From: a virus
Taxonomy: Duplodnaviria; Caudoviricetes
DNA: 64,000 bases
Virus record (IMG/VR): IMGVR_UViG_2660238657_000001
Coordinates: 106,795-170,794 of that record
Reading direction: 5' to 3' (one strand)
The notes under the pieces were generated by a model, which did not search any database, had not been told where the DNA came from, and saw only the letters and a list, made by a program, of their open reading frames with translations. Shown here one piece after another: positions 28,597-40,436 of the stretch. Both the position numbers and the translations under genes were made by a program. Every line of letters begins with the position of its first letter. The first letter of the stretch is position 1.

Positions 28597-29172
28597 ATGA
28601 AAAAGTTAAATGTTAAAGAATATAATTTAGATTATATAATGGAAAATTATTTTAATACTAATAAGGGAGTAATGTTCTTATGTGATTATAAAACTGCATG
28701 GGATATATTAAAATACTCAGAGTATAGTAAAGATGATTTTGAGAATTATTTTAGTGTTGAATTAGATTGTGAATATCCTTATTATAGTGTTTTTAAATGT
28801 GAAGACAGTGATTTTATTATTGAATTTTTAACTAATAAAGATGGAGAGTTGTATGATGAATACATAGCTGATAATATACTTGTTCAAGATAGTGTATTAG
28901 ATGAATATGGCGATAATATTTTAGAAAAATGTTATGCGAATGATGCATTAAGTTTGATAGGTGATTATGAATTCGTAGATTTAGAGAATCTTAAATCATT
29001 AGAAGAAAACTATGTGGACGATTTATCAAATGAGCAATGTGATTGTTGTAAATGCTGTGATGAATGTTGCGAAGAGGAAAAAGATGAAGTGTTAGATCAG
29101 ATATACCAGCAAGGAGTAAAAGATACTTTCAAAGTAATTGGTAAATTGCTTAAACAGAGTTACATCAAGTAA
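28597..29172 (+). CDS. Acidic hypothetical protein with Cys-rich C-terminus
   Basis: 191 aa, AAGGA RBS, CDCCKCCDECC motif. Confidence 0.75.
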   Translation: MKKLNVKEYNLDYIMENYFNTNKGVMFLCDYKTAWDILKYSEYSKDDFENYFSVELDCEYPYYSVFKCEDSDFIIEFLTNKDGELYDEYIADNILVQDSVLDEYGDNILEKCYANDALSLIGDYEFVDLENLKSLEENYVDDLSNEQCDCCKCCDECCEEEKDEVLDQIYQQGVKDTFKVIGKLLKQSYIK

Positions 29173-29283
29173 CTAGAGTTAAGTAAATATACTTATAATA
29201 AACATAAGTAATTATTAGTGTATATTTACACCTTTTGATATATATTGTATAATTAAGTTAAATCAAAAGGGGGGGGTAAATCA

Positions 29284-29625
29284 ATGAAAAAATTTAAGAG
29301 AAAGTACGTATTCATTGTAGCTGTTATTTTATTAGTTTTTAATAATATTTCTTTAAGATATAAGATATATTTCATAGGGGATCAAAAAGAAAGGGAACAA
29401 ATACTGAATTCAACTGTTTGGAAATTGTATAAAGATGGATATCATGAAAATGAAATAAGAAATGTTAGAGTCTATTATAATCCAATAAAAGGTGGACTTC
29501 TACCTTATGAGGTACTAGTTGTTTTCAATAAAGATCCTTCTAAAGAATATATCTATTCTTGGACTGATGTAAATAAAAAACAAAAAAGAGTTGAATGTGT
29601 AGGAGATGGTGCTTCAAGCTTTTAG
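29284..29625 (+). CDS. Membrane-anchored moron protein (DUF3139-like)
   Basis: Own promoter TTTACA-17-TATAAT; N-terminal TM; 'YEVLVVFNKDPSKEYIY'. Confidence 0.65.
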   Translation: MKKFKRKYVFIVAVILLVFNNISLRYKIYFIGDQKEREQILNSTVWKLYKDGYHENEIRNVRVYYNPIKGGLLPYEVLVVFNKDPSKEYIYSWTDVNKKQKRVECVGDGASSF

Positions 29626-30017
29626 CAAGTAGTTCTTAATAATAATTAAGACACTAGAACTAACAAGGTATTTTACACAGCATAAATGCTTATACACTGA
29701 TAATATTAGCAACGGTTAGTAGCTAATGGTTATTGTAAGTTGCTAATATTGATGAGTATATAAAATAAAAACTAAATTTTATTTACTTTGAAATTAATTA
29801 AAAAATTAAAAGTAGGATTGATAGAAATATTGATTCTACTTTATTTATATGTTGCAATGGGTATTCGACCACCCTTTTATGATTTTGGTAATATATTTTC
29901 CAAAGGGGCTAGATTAAATTCTAGTCCTTTTTGTATACCTAATTATATTAAGTCGAATGTCAATTGGAATATATAAGAGATTATATATTACTAAAATAAA
30001 AGAAAGAGGTCGATTAC

Positions 30018-30749
30018 ATGAAAAATGAATTAAAAGTAATAAATCAAAATGGGAAGTTATTAACAGATAGTAGAGATGTGGCAAGGATGGTAGGTAAAGA
30101 ACATAGCAAATTGTTAAGAGACATTAATATTTATATAGGATATTTAGCCGAAGCCAATTTTGGACTGGGCGATTTCTTTATAGAATCTAATTATAAAGAT
30201 AAAAACAATCAAGAAAGAAAATGCTATTTAGTAACTAAAGAAGGCTGTGAAATGATAGCTAATAAAATGACTGGTAAAAAAGGGGTATTATTTACTGCAA
30301 CGTATGTTGATGCATTTAATAAGATGGAAGAAAGCTTAAGACAAATGACTACATATAAATTACCACGAACTTATGCAGAAGCATTGAGAGAGTTAGCTGA
30401 TAAGGCTGAAGAAAATGAAAAATTAAAAGAAGAAAACTATATCATGCTACCTAAAGCTGAATTCTATGATGCTGTAACTAAAAGTGAAGATACAATAGAT
30501 ATGGGTGAATGTGCAAAAGTTTTAAATATGGGCATAGGTAGAAATAATTTATTCAAATTTCTTAGAGAACATGATGTATTAATGAGTAATAATACACCAT
30601 ATCAAAAATTTGTAGATAGTAAATATTTTAAAATTATAGAAAAAGAATTTGAGAAACCTAACGGTGAAATTAAAATAAATGTTAAAACTGTAGTATATCA
30701 AAAAGGACTAGATTATATAAGAAAACTATTAAAGAAATATTACATATAA
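30018..30749 (+). CDS. Rha + ANT/KilAC phage antirepressor
   Basis: 'DSRDVA...HSKLLRDI...MTGKKG..FTATYVDAFN' Rha; 'PKAEFYD...GRNNLFKFLR...VYQKG' ANT. Confidence 0.9.
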   Translation: MKNELKVINQNGKLLTDSRDVARMVGKEHSKLLRDINIYIGYLAEANFGLGDFFIESNYKDKNNQERKCYLVTKEGCEMIANKMTGKKGVLFTATYVDAFNKMEESLRQMTTYKLPRTYAEALRELADKAEENEKLKEENYIMLPKAEFYDAVTKSEDTIDMGECAKVLNMGIGRNNLFKFLREHDVLMSNNTPYQKFVDSKYFKIIEKEFEKPNGEIKINVKTVVYQKGLDYIRKLLKKYYI

Positions 30750-31032
30750 ATAAATTAAAATAGAATTTAAATATTATACATATAGTTAGATAAGGCGTAT
30801 CTTATAGGTACGTCTAATTGTGATTATATAAATAAATTAAAATATTTGACGTGATAAAATAATTATGGTAATATTTATGTAGAGGATATATATGGATTAG
30901 CTACCCGTATTAATAAGTACAGACTCCGAATGTACTTCCTCTATTTTACTATATACAATCGGAGATAATAAAAATAAATCAAAATAATTAAATGAGAATT
31001 TGTTTAATTGCATCTATACGGAGGTAGATAAA

Positions 31033-32085
31033 ATGTTAATAAGCAAAGAAGTTGAAATATTGGTAAGTGGTCAAAATAAAAGACACTATGAAAATTTAGG
31101 GTATGAAATCCCTAAATATAAAGATGACCATTATAGATGGGCTGTTAAAAAGGGGACAAGGATTATAGTAAAAGTGGAAGATTTGCCTAAAGGATCACAA
31201 ACAAAAATACAAGTAAAATGTGATTATTGTGGGAAAATATTCGAAAAATCTTACGACAAATACATAAAACAACGTAATAGCATTAAAACAGATGCGTGTT
31301 ATAATTGCAGACATGAGAAAAATAAAGATGTATTTAAAGAAAAATATGGATTAAGTTGGAATAGTCAATTACAATCAGTAAGAAACAAAATTTCTGAAGC
31401 TAATCAACTAGATTCTGAAATAGTAATCAGAGCATTTAAAGATAGAGGATTAACTATTGTAGAAAACCCATTTATATATAAAAATTCACATCAAAGAATT
31501 CATTTTATATGTAATAAACATCCACAAGAAGGTGTTCAAACTACATACTATGATATATTGCATCAAGGAGGAAGTGGATGCAAGAAATGTAGATATGATA
31601 AAATCAGTGGTGAAAACTGTTATATGTGGAAGGGTGGTATTTCTCCAATACATACATTTTTAAGAGATAAGATAAGAAAGTGGAAACAAGATAGCATGAT
31701 AAAATCAAAATATAAATGTTGTATTACTGGTACAGAATTCCATGTAATTCATCATGTTTATGGATTTAATCAAATTATACAAGAAACAATGAAAATATTA
31801 CAATTACCTATAAAACAAAATATTAATGAATATACTGAATATGAATTAAAACAAATGGAAAGTAAGTGTTTAGAATTACATTATAAATATGGTTTAGGGA
31901 TATGCTTAAACGAAGATATTCATAGACTATATCATGGACAGTATTATCGACAAAATGCTAGTTATGAAGATTTTGAAGAATTTAAACAAAGATACTATAA
32001 AGGTGAATTTGATAATAAATTAAAAGAGGAATTAAAATCCTACAATTCAATGGAAAGAGTAAGAAATATGAAGGAAGCTATTTAA
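31033..32085 (+). CDS. Putative free-standing homing endonuclease (zinc-finger/HNH-like)
   Basis: 'HYENLGY...CDYCG', 'WKGG', 'CCITG..FHVIHH...GICL...HRLYH'; GGAGG RBS favours ATG 31033. Confidence 0.7.
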   Translation: MLISKEVEILVSGQNKRHYENLGYEIPKYKDDHYRWAVKKGTRIIVKVEDLPKGSQTKIQVKCDYCGKIFEKSYDKYIKQRNSIKTDACYNCRHEKNKDVFKEKYGLSWNSQLQSVRNKISEANQLDSEIVIRAFKDRGLTIVENPFIYKNSHQRIHFICNKHPQEGVQTTYYDILHQGGSGCKKCRYDKISGENCYMWKGGISPIHTFLRDKIRKWKQDSMIKSKYKCCITGTEFHVIHHVYGFNQIIQETMKILQLPIKQNINEYTEYELKQMESKCLELHYKYGLGICLNEDIHRLYHGQYYRQNASYEDFEEFKQRYYKGEFDNKLKEELKSYNSMERVRNMKEAI

Positions 32086-32143
32086 ATGTAGCTTCCTTTT
32101 ATTATGCAAAATTTAAGGAAGGAGTAAAAAGGAAGTGATGTAA

Positions 32144-33070
32144 ATGGTAGCCAAAAAATCAGATAAGAATAAACCAAGTGATACAAAGATATGTTTTTGT
32201 TGTGGGAAAGAAAAGAAAAATATAGCGAATAATTTTTATCAAAATGACATTGAGTACATACATAATCATTTTAGTATATGTAAAAATTGTGTGAAAAAGA
32301 TTATCGACTATAAAGAAATGACATCTGTATTTTTTATACTTCATATCTTAGATAAGCCTTTTATACAAAGCGTATGGAATGATATTGCAAAAACAGATGA
32401 ATCACCTTGGGGTGCGTATATTACACAAATAAGTTCATTACCTCAATATAAAGAATTTAAATATAGAAACAGCCAATTTGATGAGTGTAATATAAGTAAA
32501 ATTAAAAGTAATAATAACGAAGAACATCATGAAGTAACTAAGCTGAATGACAATGACAAAAGACAGTATGAGAGATTTTGGGGTCGTGGACTAGAAAATC
32601 AAGATTATATATGGCTTCAAGAAGAATTTGAAGATTTTATAACTAGATATGAATGTGATTCTAAAGGAATGGAACTGTTAATAAAACAAATATGCCTACA
32701 AGAATTGGATATAGAAAAAAGAAGAGCAAATGAAGAAAAGGTAGATCAGCAATTAAAAACATTACAAGATTTATTAGGTTCTAGCAATCTTAAACCTGTT
32801 CAAGAAACAGGTGCTAACGCAGTTGACCAAAATACCTTCGGTACGCTAGTGAAAAAATGGGAAAATGAAAAACCGATACCTGAAGCTATGGAAGAATGGA
32901 AAAAAGCCGATTGGATAAAAAAATATGTATTGGTATGGTTTTTAGGTCATTTATGTAAAATGATGGGTGTAGATAATGATTATTCAAGATTATACGAAGA
33001 GGAAGTTAATAACTACACAGTTGATAATCCTATCAATGACTATCCTGAAGAGGAAAACATAGATGATTAA
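32144..33070 (+). CDS. YonG-like protein (candidate terminase small subunit)
   Basis: N-terminal CxxC..CKNC zinc motif; overlaps terL start; SPbeta-like synteny. Confidence 0.6.
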   Translation: MVAKKSDKNKPSDTKICFCCGKEKKNIANNFYQNDIEYIHNHFSICKNCVKKIIDYKEMTSVFFILHILDKPFIQSVWNDIAKTDESPWGAYITQISSLPQYKEFKYRNSQFDECNISKIKSNNNEEHHEVTKLNDNDKRQYERFWGRGLENQDYIWLQEEFEDFITRYECDSKGMELLIKQICLQELDIEKRRANEEKVDQQLKTLQDLLGSSNLKPVQETGANAVDQNTFGTLVKKWENEKPIPEAMEEWKKADWIKKYVLVWFLGHLCKMMGVDNDYSRLYEEEVNNYTVDNPINDYPEEENIDD

Positions 33071-35148
33071 CTTTAAAGTAGATAGAAATAATAGAAAAAA
33101 TAACGCTGATATATTTACTAAGAACCGAAATTTCAATAAAGAAAGTGATAATGTAGCTAAATCTAAAAAACTAATGAATGGAATTGCACTATGGTGTAGT
33201 TATTATAGGTTATTTCCTCATATTTTTGTTGAAGATTATTTAGGAATAGGGTTAAAAACATTTCAAAAGATTTTAATATATTTTATGATGCATTTCAATT
33301 ACTTTATGTATTTAGCCTCGAGGGGACAGGGAAAGACATTTTTAACAGCTATATTTTGTTGTGTAAGATGTATTCTTTTCCCAGAAAGTAAGGTAATAGT
33401 CTCAAGTGGTCAAAAGTCCCAAGCTAGAGAGGTTATAGAGAAAATAGATGATTTACGAAAAACATCTCCTAATTTAGAAAGAGAAATAAGTTATTTAACT
33501 ACAAATAGTAACGATGCCAGAGTTGAGTTTCACAATGGTAGTTGGATTAAAATAGTGGCAAGTAATGATGGAGCTAGAAGTAAAAGGAGTAATGTTCTTA
33601 TAGTGGATGAATTTCGTATGGTCGATTTAGATATTTTAAACAAAGTATTGCGTAAACGAAGAAAATTTGCGTAATTAAAACTCTGTGAACTGTGAAGACA
33701 AAACAGGTGTGGTATTTTAAATACTGCTAACGGTGAAGGCTAAGTCGCAAGATATGTTAATACCGTGCCAAGATTTATATATAAGTATATTAAATAAGGT
33801 GTAGAGACTATCGAAACGATAACTTGAAATAAAATTCAAGTGAATAACGGAGTAGAGTACAATGGAGTTAATCACCATTGGAAGTGCAGAGAGAATTATA
33901 TAATAAATTATTTAGTATATAATTTTATGATATAGTCCATACCACATGAAAATGTGGAATAATATGAAATTTCAAACAGCCCCTCGTCAACCAAAATATT
34001 TAAGCAAACCTGAATATGCTCATTTAAAAGAAAGAAATAAAGAATTGTATTTGTCATCTTGTTGGTACAAATCTCATTGGTCATGGCTAAAAGTTAAAGC
34101 TTTTTTTAAGGCTATGACACAAGGTAAAAAATATTTTCTTTGTGGATTGCCTTATCAATTAGCCATAAGTGAAAATTTATTAGATGTAGAACAAGTGCAA
34201 GACGAAATGTCAGAAGATGACTTTGATCCATTAGGCTTTTCAATGGAAATGGAATGTTTATTCTTTGGAGAATCTCAGAAAGCATATTTCAAATTAGATG
34301 ATTTAAATGATAACAGAGTAATTCCAGAGCCGTTATACCCTAAACCTTTTTATAATATGATAAAAGATAATAGAATAAAATATAAATCTAAAAAGAAGAA
34401 TGAAATTAGAGTGCTATCTTGTGATATCGCAACTATGTCAGGAAAAGAAAATGATGCTTCTGCTTATACTGTATTGCGACTCATAAAAGAAAAAGATCAT
34501 TATGTAAGACATGTAGTTTATTTAGAAAGCTTAGTAGGTGGACATACTGTTAGTCAAGCTATTAGAATAAGACAATTATTCGATGATTTTGATTGTGATT
34601 ATATAGTTTTAGACACAATGGGAGTTGGATTAGGCGTATATGACCAACTGTGTGTTTCGTTATATGATAAAGAAAGAAAAAAAGAATATGAACCTTTTTC
34701 ATGTATGAATGATGAAAAAATGGCTGAAAGATGTATGACAGATGATGCGCCTAAAAAGATATTTAGTGTTAAAGGTAATCAGAATTTTAATAGTGAATGT
34801 GCTATTTTACTGAAAGATATATTAAAACGAAGAAAAATGAAATTGCTAATACATGAAAATGATGGAAGGCAATTATTAAAGGGTTTAAAAGGATTTAATA
34901 ATTTATCAATTGAAGAACAGGTAAAGTTAGAACTTCCGTATAAACAAATAACATTATTAGTTAATGAAGTAATTAACTTATCCAATGAAGGTAAAAATGG
35001 ATTAATAAAATTAGTAGAACCTAGAGGACAAAGAAAGGATAGGTATAGTTCATTAACTTATGCTAACTATTTTGCTAACGTATTAGAAAAGGATTTGCAA
35101 AAACAACAAAAAGATAATGATGTTATAAAATATTGTTTCTTTTCATAA
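33063..35148 (+). CDS. terL: Terminase large subunit, two exons (33063-33653, 33967-35148)
   Basis: Walker A 'ASRGQGKT', Walker B 'LIVDEF', nuclease 'SCDIA...KDRYSS'; splicing joins [12 protein letters not shown] in frame. Confidence 0.9.
33654..33966 (+). ncRNA. Group I intron in terL (no ORF)
   Basis: 5' exon ends in U with P1 TTGCGT/GCGTAA; P7 GAGACTA/TAGTC (ATGATATAGTCC); ends in G; IGS AAATTT can pair with 3' exon AAATTT. Confidence 0.85.
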
Positions 35149-35175
35149 CTAAAAATAAATTTAAAAAGAAAGTAG

Positions 35176-38100
35176 GTGATTACTATTACATATCAAAAAT
35201 CACTTGAAGAACTAGAACAAGAAAAAAAACAAGCAGAAAAACAGCAACTTATAAATTTTGCTAGTAATAGTGTGTCAAATAATCCCACTTCAAATTCTAG
35301 CAAATATAAAAGTTCAAAAATGAATATAACAAAAGTTTATAAATTGTTAGAAGATCCTATCAAAAATTATAAATTACTTCAATCTTGTTCTTTAAGTCTA
35401 ATGGCTAAACAGGGTATATATTTTAGATTAATAAAATATTGGTCAAGTTGTTTAACATACGACCATTTAATATATCCTGCTATGTCATTATCAAAGGTAG
35501 ATAAAAAAGAAATAGTACAAGAATCATATGAAAAATGTGCTTTATATTTAGATAAAATGAATTTAAAATTCTATTTACCATATTTTGCAGAAGAAATGTT
35601 CAAATGTGGCGAAGGCTTCTTTTATAAGTTAGAAGATGATAGCTCCATAGTATTTAAACAAATACCAAATTCGTACTGTAGAATTTCTACTAATGAAGAT
35701 AATGTTTTTAGATATGAAGTAAATTTAGATGAATTCGATGATAATACGATATTAGATTATCCAATTGAATTCCAAACTAAGTACAATAAGTATAAAAGTT
35801 CTACCAATAAAAAAAGTAAAGTCAAAAAGAAGACTAGAAATAAAAGCAACAATTCTGTTGAAATGAATAATTGGGTTCAAATAAGTGATAAAGGAGTAGC
35901 TTTCCCTACACTATTAAATTCAAGTCATAGTTATCCTCCATTTTGTTTCTTATTCCCAGATGTAATAGAAATAGATAATGTAAAAGGATTAAAAAAAGAC
36001 GTAGATAGATTAGATAATTCTAAAATTATACATAATGAAATAGCAATCAATAAAGATACTGGTAAACCGATTATGGATTTAGATTTAGCTGAAGCTTATA
36101 ACAAAGCTATTCAAAAGAATTTGCCCGAAGGTATTAAAAGTATCACTAATCCATTTAAAACAGAAACTATAAACTTAAACAATGCAGGGAACGCTCAAAA
36201 GAATAATATAATAAATGATTCAACTGATGAAGTTTATAAAAATTCAGGAGTTTCAGATTTATTGTTCGCTAATAAGAAAGCATCAAGTGAGGCTTTAAAA
36301 TTATCGGTGTTAGCAGATACTCAAATATTATTTAGCATCATACTACCGTTATTTGTAAATTACATAAACTATGAACTAAAAGAAGTAAATCCACAGTTTG
36401 TATGGAAAGTAAAAATGTTAAATACAAGTTATTTTAATGCCGATGATAAATTTAAAATCGCAAAAGATTCGTTAGCTTATGGAGGTTCTCGTATGGAATT
36501 CTTTGCGTTAAAGGGATTTAGTCCATTAGAAACGGTAAATATATTAAAAGCCGAACAGACAATAGGATTAGATGACTTATTAATACCTGCAAAAACGTCC
36601 CACACGTTATCTGATAAGGATAGAGGTAACTAACAGTTACAAATAAGTTATAATAAGTTATAATTTAGAAAATTGTTGACAGCCTCCCATATTCATAAAG
36701 AGTATGGAGTGATGTATGTATACATCCAAAATCCCTTTAACTGCTGGAAACTCCTAAAGCTATACTAACTACAACATAAGAATGAAATAAGTCTAAGTGT
36801 GAAAGTTACGAAAGTAGAAAAAATAGTATAGATGGCATAAGGTTAAATCCTAAGTGTTATAATAATGGACAATCAGCAACCAAGTTCCGAATAGGAAAAG
36901 GCTCAACGACTAGAGAATATTCTCGTACACTCAAGTGAGTGGAAATGGGGGACACCGATTAAGGTGGTGATATAGTCTGCGCTTATATGAAAGTATAAGA
37001 AGTTCATAAGAGAACTGCATAAATGGTAACGTATTTATGTGAATATGCATAAAACTTATAAGAAGTTATAAATATATAAAGTTAAAAAACACTCAATTAA
37101 GAGTGTTTAGACATAAAATCTTTTAAAATTGTAATTACTAAGTTATTGAAAGAACGGTTTTGTTCTTTTGCAACTTGTTCTAGTTGTTTTTTTAAATCTT
37201 TTTCAATAGTTATTTGAGTTCTAGTCTTATCGTTACTAATAGTCAATATAAATCACCTCAATATTATTATGTTTCATAATAGCATATAAGATTGCAGTTG
37301 ACAAGGTGTTAACACCATGTTATCATAAGAATATAGCGAGTGAGGTGATAAAAATGATAAAGGCAGTGAAAATTAGATTATTTCCAACCAAAGAACAAGA
37401 AGTATTGATGTTTAAATCCTGTGGTGTTGCTAGATTTACTTATAATTGGGGACTTAATAGATGGAATGAAATTTATAAAAGTGGTGAAAAGCCTAATAAA
37501 ATTAAAGTCAGAACCGAGTTTAATAATACTTTAAAAAAAGATGACAATTATAAATGGTTAAAAGAAGTAAGTGGTCAAGTAACAGCAAAATCCTTTGACG
37601 ATTTAAAAGATGGATTTGATAGATTTTTTAAAGGATTATCAGGATATCCTAAATTTAAGACTAAAAAGAAATCTAAAAAATCTTTTTATGTTAGATATGA
37701 TTCTATCAAATTTAAAGATCATAAAGTTAATTTTGAGAAAATAGGTAAGGTCAAATATAATACCAATTACAAAATACCTAATTTATCAAAATACAACAAT
37801 CCAAGATGTCATTTTGACGGGAAGTATTGGTATTTAACATTAGGATTTGAACATTACGAAAATCAAGTTAAATTAAATAAGGATTTAAGTATTGGTATAG
37901 ATTTAGGAGTTAAAGATTTGGCTGTTGTTAACTGCTTAGATAAACCTATAAAAAACATTAATAAATCTGTTAAAGTTAGAAAATTAAAAAAGAGATTAAA
38001 AAGACTACAAAGACAAGTTTCAAGAAAGTATTTAATGAATAAGCAAAATAACAAATTTATTAAAACTAATAATATTATTAAATTAGAACATGAAATAAGA

Positions 38101-38745
38101 CTTATTTATAGAAAACTTAATAATATTAGAAATAACCACATACATCAAACTACAAATAAAATAATAAAATTAAAGCCATACAGAGTGGTAATGGAAGACT
38201 TAAATGTTCAAGGTATGCTTAAAAATAAACATCTATCAAAAGCAATACAAGAACAATGTTTTTATGAATTTATAAGACAAATGAAATATAAATGTGAATG
38301 GAATAGCATTAAATTCATACAAGTTGATAGATTTTATCCTAGCAGTAAAACTTGTTCATGTTGTGGGAATATCAAAAAAGATTTAAAACTATCAGATAGA
38401 GTTTACAAGTGTTATAAATGTGGTTTAGCTATTGATAGAGATAAAAATGCAAGTATTAATCTTAGTAATTATAAAATAGCATAATTGGTATAGAGAAATT
38501 ATGCTATGTGTACCGTGCGTTGTACGGGAATTTAAGTCCTTGGAGAGTTATACCAAACTAGAGTAGAATAAGGAATTATTCAAAATAGAACTTTAAGAAG
38601 AGGAAAGTTGTTTAGTAATGAACAACACATATAGAATTTATATATTTATAATTTTTTATAAGTTTTATGCAACGGTAGACCAAAAGCAGAAGATAGTGAT
38701 AATGGCATAAATGATAATACCGAGCAATGGAGAGATAATCAATAA
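35176..38745 (+). CDS. Portal protein, two exons (35176-36626, 38676-38745)
   Basis: YonE-like position after terL; removing the IStron restores C-terminus DKDRG-RPKAEDSDNGINDNTEQWRDNQ*. Confidence 0.8.
37097..37246 (-). CDS. Arc-like ribbon-helix-helix protein inside the IStron, 49 aa
   Basis: TTG start after GAGGTG; MTISNDKTRTQITIEKDLKKQLEQVAKEQNRSFNNLVITILKDFMSKHS*. Confidence 0.75.
   Translation of the reverse strand: MTISNDKTRTQITIEKDLKKQLEQVAKEQNRSFNNLVITILKDFMSKHS
37354..38484 (+). CDS. tnpB: RNA-guided endonuclease TnpB
   Basis: RuvC 'GIDLG', 'VMEDL', 'DRDKNASIN', zinc finger 'CSCCG...CYKCG'; GAGGTG RBS favours ATG 37354. Confidence 0.95.
   Translation: MIKAVKIRLFPTKEQEVLMFKSCGVARFTYNWGLNRWNEIYKSGEKPNKIKVRTEFNNTLKKDDNYKWLKEVSGQVTAKSFDDLKDGFDRFFKGLSGYPKFKTKKKSKKSFYVRYDSIKFKDHKVNFEKIGKVKYNTNYKIPNLSKYNNPRCHFDGKYWYLTLGFEHYENQVKLNKDLSIGIDLGVKDLAVVNCLDKPIKNINKSVKVRKLKKRLKRLQRQVSRKYLMNKQNNKFIKTNNIIKLEHEIRLIYRKLNNIRNNHIHQTTNKIIKLKPYRVVMEDLNVQGMLKNKHLSKAIQEQCFYEFIRQMKYKCEWNSIKFIQVDRFYPSSKTCSCCGNIKKDLKLSDRVYKCYKCGLAIDRDKNASINLSNYKIA
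38485..38695 (+). ncRNA. TnpB omega-RNA scaffold plus guide (guide = portal exon 2)
   Basis: Structured region between tnpB stop and element right end; guide derives from the 3' flank by established TnpB biology. Confidence 0.6.
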
Positions 38746-38795
38746 TATAATTTAAAATATATTATTTCAGATTTGAAAGGAGGTGAGGATATAGA

Positions 38796-40397
38796 GTGGA
38801 TAATAAAAAAAATCAAGTTAATAAGAAAATACCTGTAATATTTCAGAAATTAGATCAATATGAAAGCGAATATAGTGACATCAGATTTTTAAAAGTTAAA
38901 ATATGGCTTATGCATTTAGGTGAAAATTTTAACGGCAGTTATTTTTCAAAGGAAGTAGTGGAAAATGCTATTCCTAGTTTAAGTAATACTCCTATATTAA
39001 CTTATATAGAAACTAATTCAAGTGGTGAAGAGGATTTTTCAGACCATAGAACTATCATTGTTGTTAAGAATGGAGAACAGAAGTTTAAATATTTAGGACA
39101 AGCAATAGGAGTGATTCCTGAATCCAATAATGCTCAATTTGAAATGAGATTATGCGATGATGGAATAGAAAGAGAATTTTTGACAGTTGAAGGTTTGATA
39201 TGGGCTAAATGGGACAATCCTATTGAGATTTTTGAAAATCAAAATATCAAACCACAATCAATGGAGTTGGCAAGTGATTATACAGGAGAATTTAAAGAAG
39301 ATAAGCTATTTCATTTTACTGACTTTAAATTCTTTGGTGCATGTGCATTAGGATCAGATATAGAACCTGCTATGATTAACTCTACAATTGAAGCGCAATT
39401 TAGTAAACAAAGTATATTTGAAGATATTCAAGTGTATATGGAACAATTTAAGAAATTTAATAAAAATAAAGAAAATGGAAGTGAGGTAAAAGACATGGGT
39501 AAAAATAAAACTAATTTTAGCCTTAGCACAGAAAATTTAATAGATGAGATCAGAAAAGTTCTTAGAGAAAGAAAAATTATAGTAAAAGATTATTGGGGAG
39601 ATTCATATGAAGAGAATGAGTTTTATTATAGAGATATAAAAGACGATGTTGTAGTTGTCATATCCAACGATTGGACTCAACTATATGGTATTCCTTGTAC
39701 GGTATCAGGTGATACAGTTACTTTAGATTTTGATAATAAAGTACCTTATGTTAGTGATTTCAGACCTAAAGAAGATGGAGATACCGAAGTTGAAATTAAT
39801 TTCTCATCAATATTAAATAATAGAATTAAATATTCAGTAGAAAAGGCACAACAAAAGGCACAAGACGAAATTAACATTGTAGAAACAGAAGAGTATAAAA
39901 CTTTAAATACTGAATATACAAAATTAAAAAGTCAATTAGATGAATTCTCTAAAAAGAAAGATATTAAAGAAAATAATAATTCAGTAAATGAGCAATTTTC
40001 AAATTTACAATCAAACTACGATGATTTAAAGAGTAAGTTTGATACTATAAATAAGGAATTTGAATGTTTAAAAAAAACAAATTCTGAATTAGAAGAAGTT
40101 AAAAATGAATTTGAAAAAGAAAAGTTAACTCAGTCAGTTGATAAATCATTAAAAGAATTTTCATTTACAGATGAAGAAGTTAAAGATATTAGAAAACAAG
40201 CAATAAACCAAGAAATATCTTTAGATGAACTAAAAGAAAAATGTTATGTATTAGTAGGTAAAAAGGCTTTACAAGGTAATCAACAATTCACTAGCGCAGA
40301 ATACAATGAAAAGGCTTCTGTAAGAATAAACAACACAGAAAACACTAAAAGTATCTATGGTGAATTAACAAATTATTTTGAAAATCTTAACAAATAA
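38796..40397 (+). CDS. Prohead protease/scaffold protein
   Basis: 'HLGENFNGSYF...QSMEL...GACALG..IEPAM' protease-like domain, coiled-coil C-terminus. Confidence 0.8.
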   Translation: MDNKKNQVNKKIPVIFQKLDQYESEYSDIRFLKVKIWLMHLGENFNGSYFSKEVVENAIPSLSNTPILTYIETNSSGEEDFSDHRTIIVVKNGEQKFKYLGQAIGVIPESNNAQFEMRLCDDGIEREFLTVEGLIWAKWDNPIEIFENQNIKPQSMELASDYTGEFKEDKLFHFTDFKFFGACALGSDIEPAMINSTIEAQFSKQSIFEDIQVYMEQFKKFNKNKENGSEVKDMGKNKTNFSLSTENLIDEIRKVLRERKIIVKDYWGDSYEENEFYYRDIKDDVVVVISNDWTQLYGIPCTVSGDTVTLDFDNKVPYVSDFRPKEDGDTEVEINFSSILNNRIKYSVEKAQQKAQDEINIVETEEYKTLNTEYTKLKSQLDEFSKKKDIKENNNSVNEQFSNLQSNYDDLKSKFDTINKEFECLKKTNSELEEVKNEFEKEKLTQSVDKSLKEFSFTDEEVKDIRKQAINQEISLDELKEKCYVLVGKKALQGNQQFTSAEYNEKASVRINNTENTKSIYGELTNYFENLNK

Positions 40398-40436
40398 ATT
40401 AAAAAATAATTAAAATATGAAGGAGGTCATTATATA

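Larger units (their letters stand above)
36627..38675 (+). mobile_element. IS607-family IStron (group I intron + tnpB, no tnpA)
   Basis: GG core at both junctions; TTATA repeats near both ends; ribozyme core (AACTGCTGGAAA, AATCAGCA, CTCAACGACTAG, GTGATATAGTCT) at ~36730-36980; right end ...TTTTATGCAACGG. Confidence 0.85.

Noticed and set aside
29788-29976. 62-aa ORF upstream of the Rha-ANT gene
   Set aside because: No SD; it runs through a terminator-like hairpin and structured leader
33654-33966. terL, portal and TMP breaks as pseudogenes or assembly frameshifts
   Set aside because: The gaps contain group I core motifs and their removal restores the reading frames; the ATGs at 33946/33964 and 58625 are intronic
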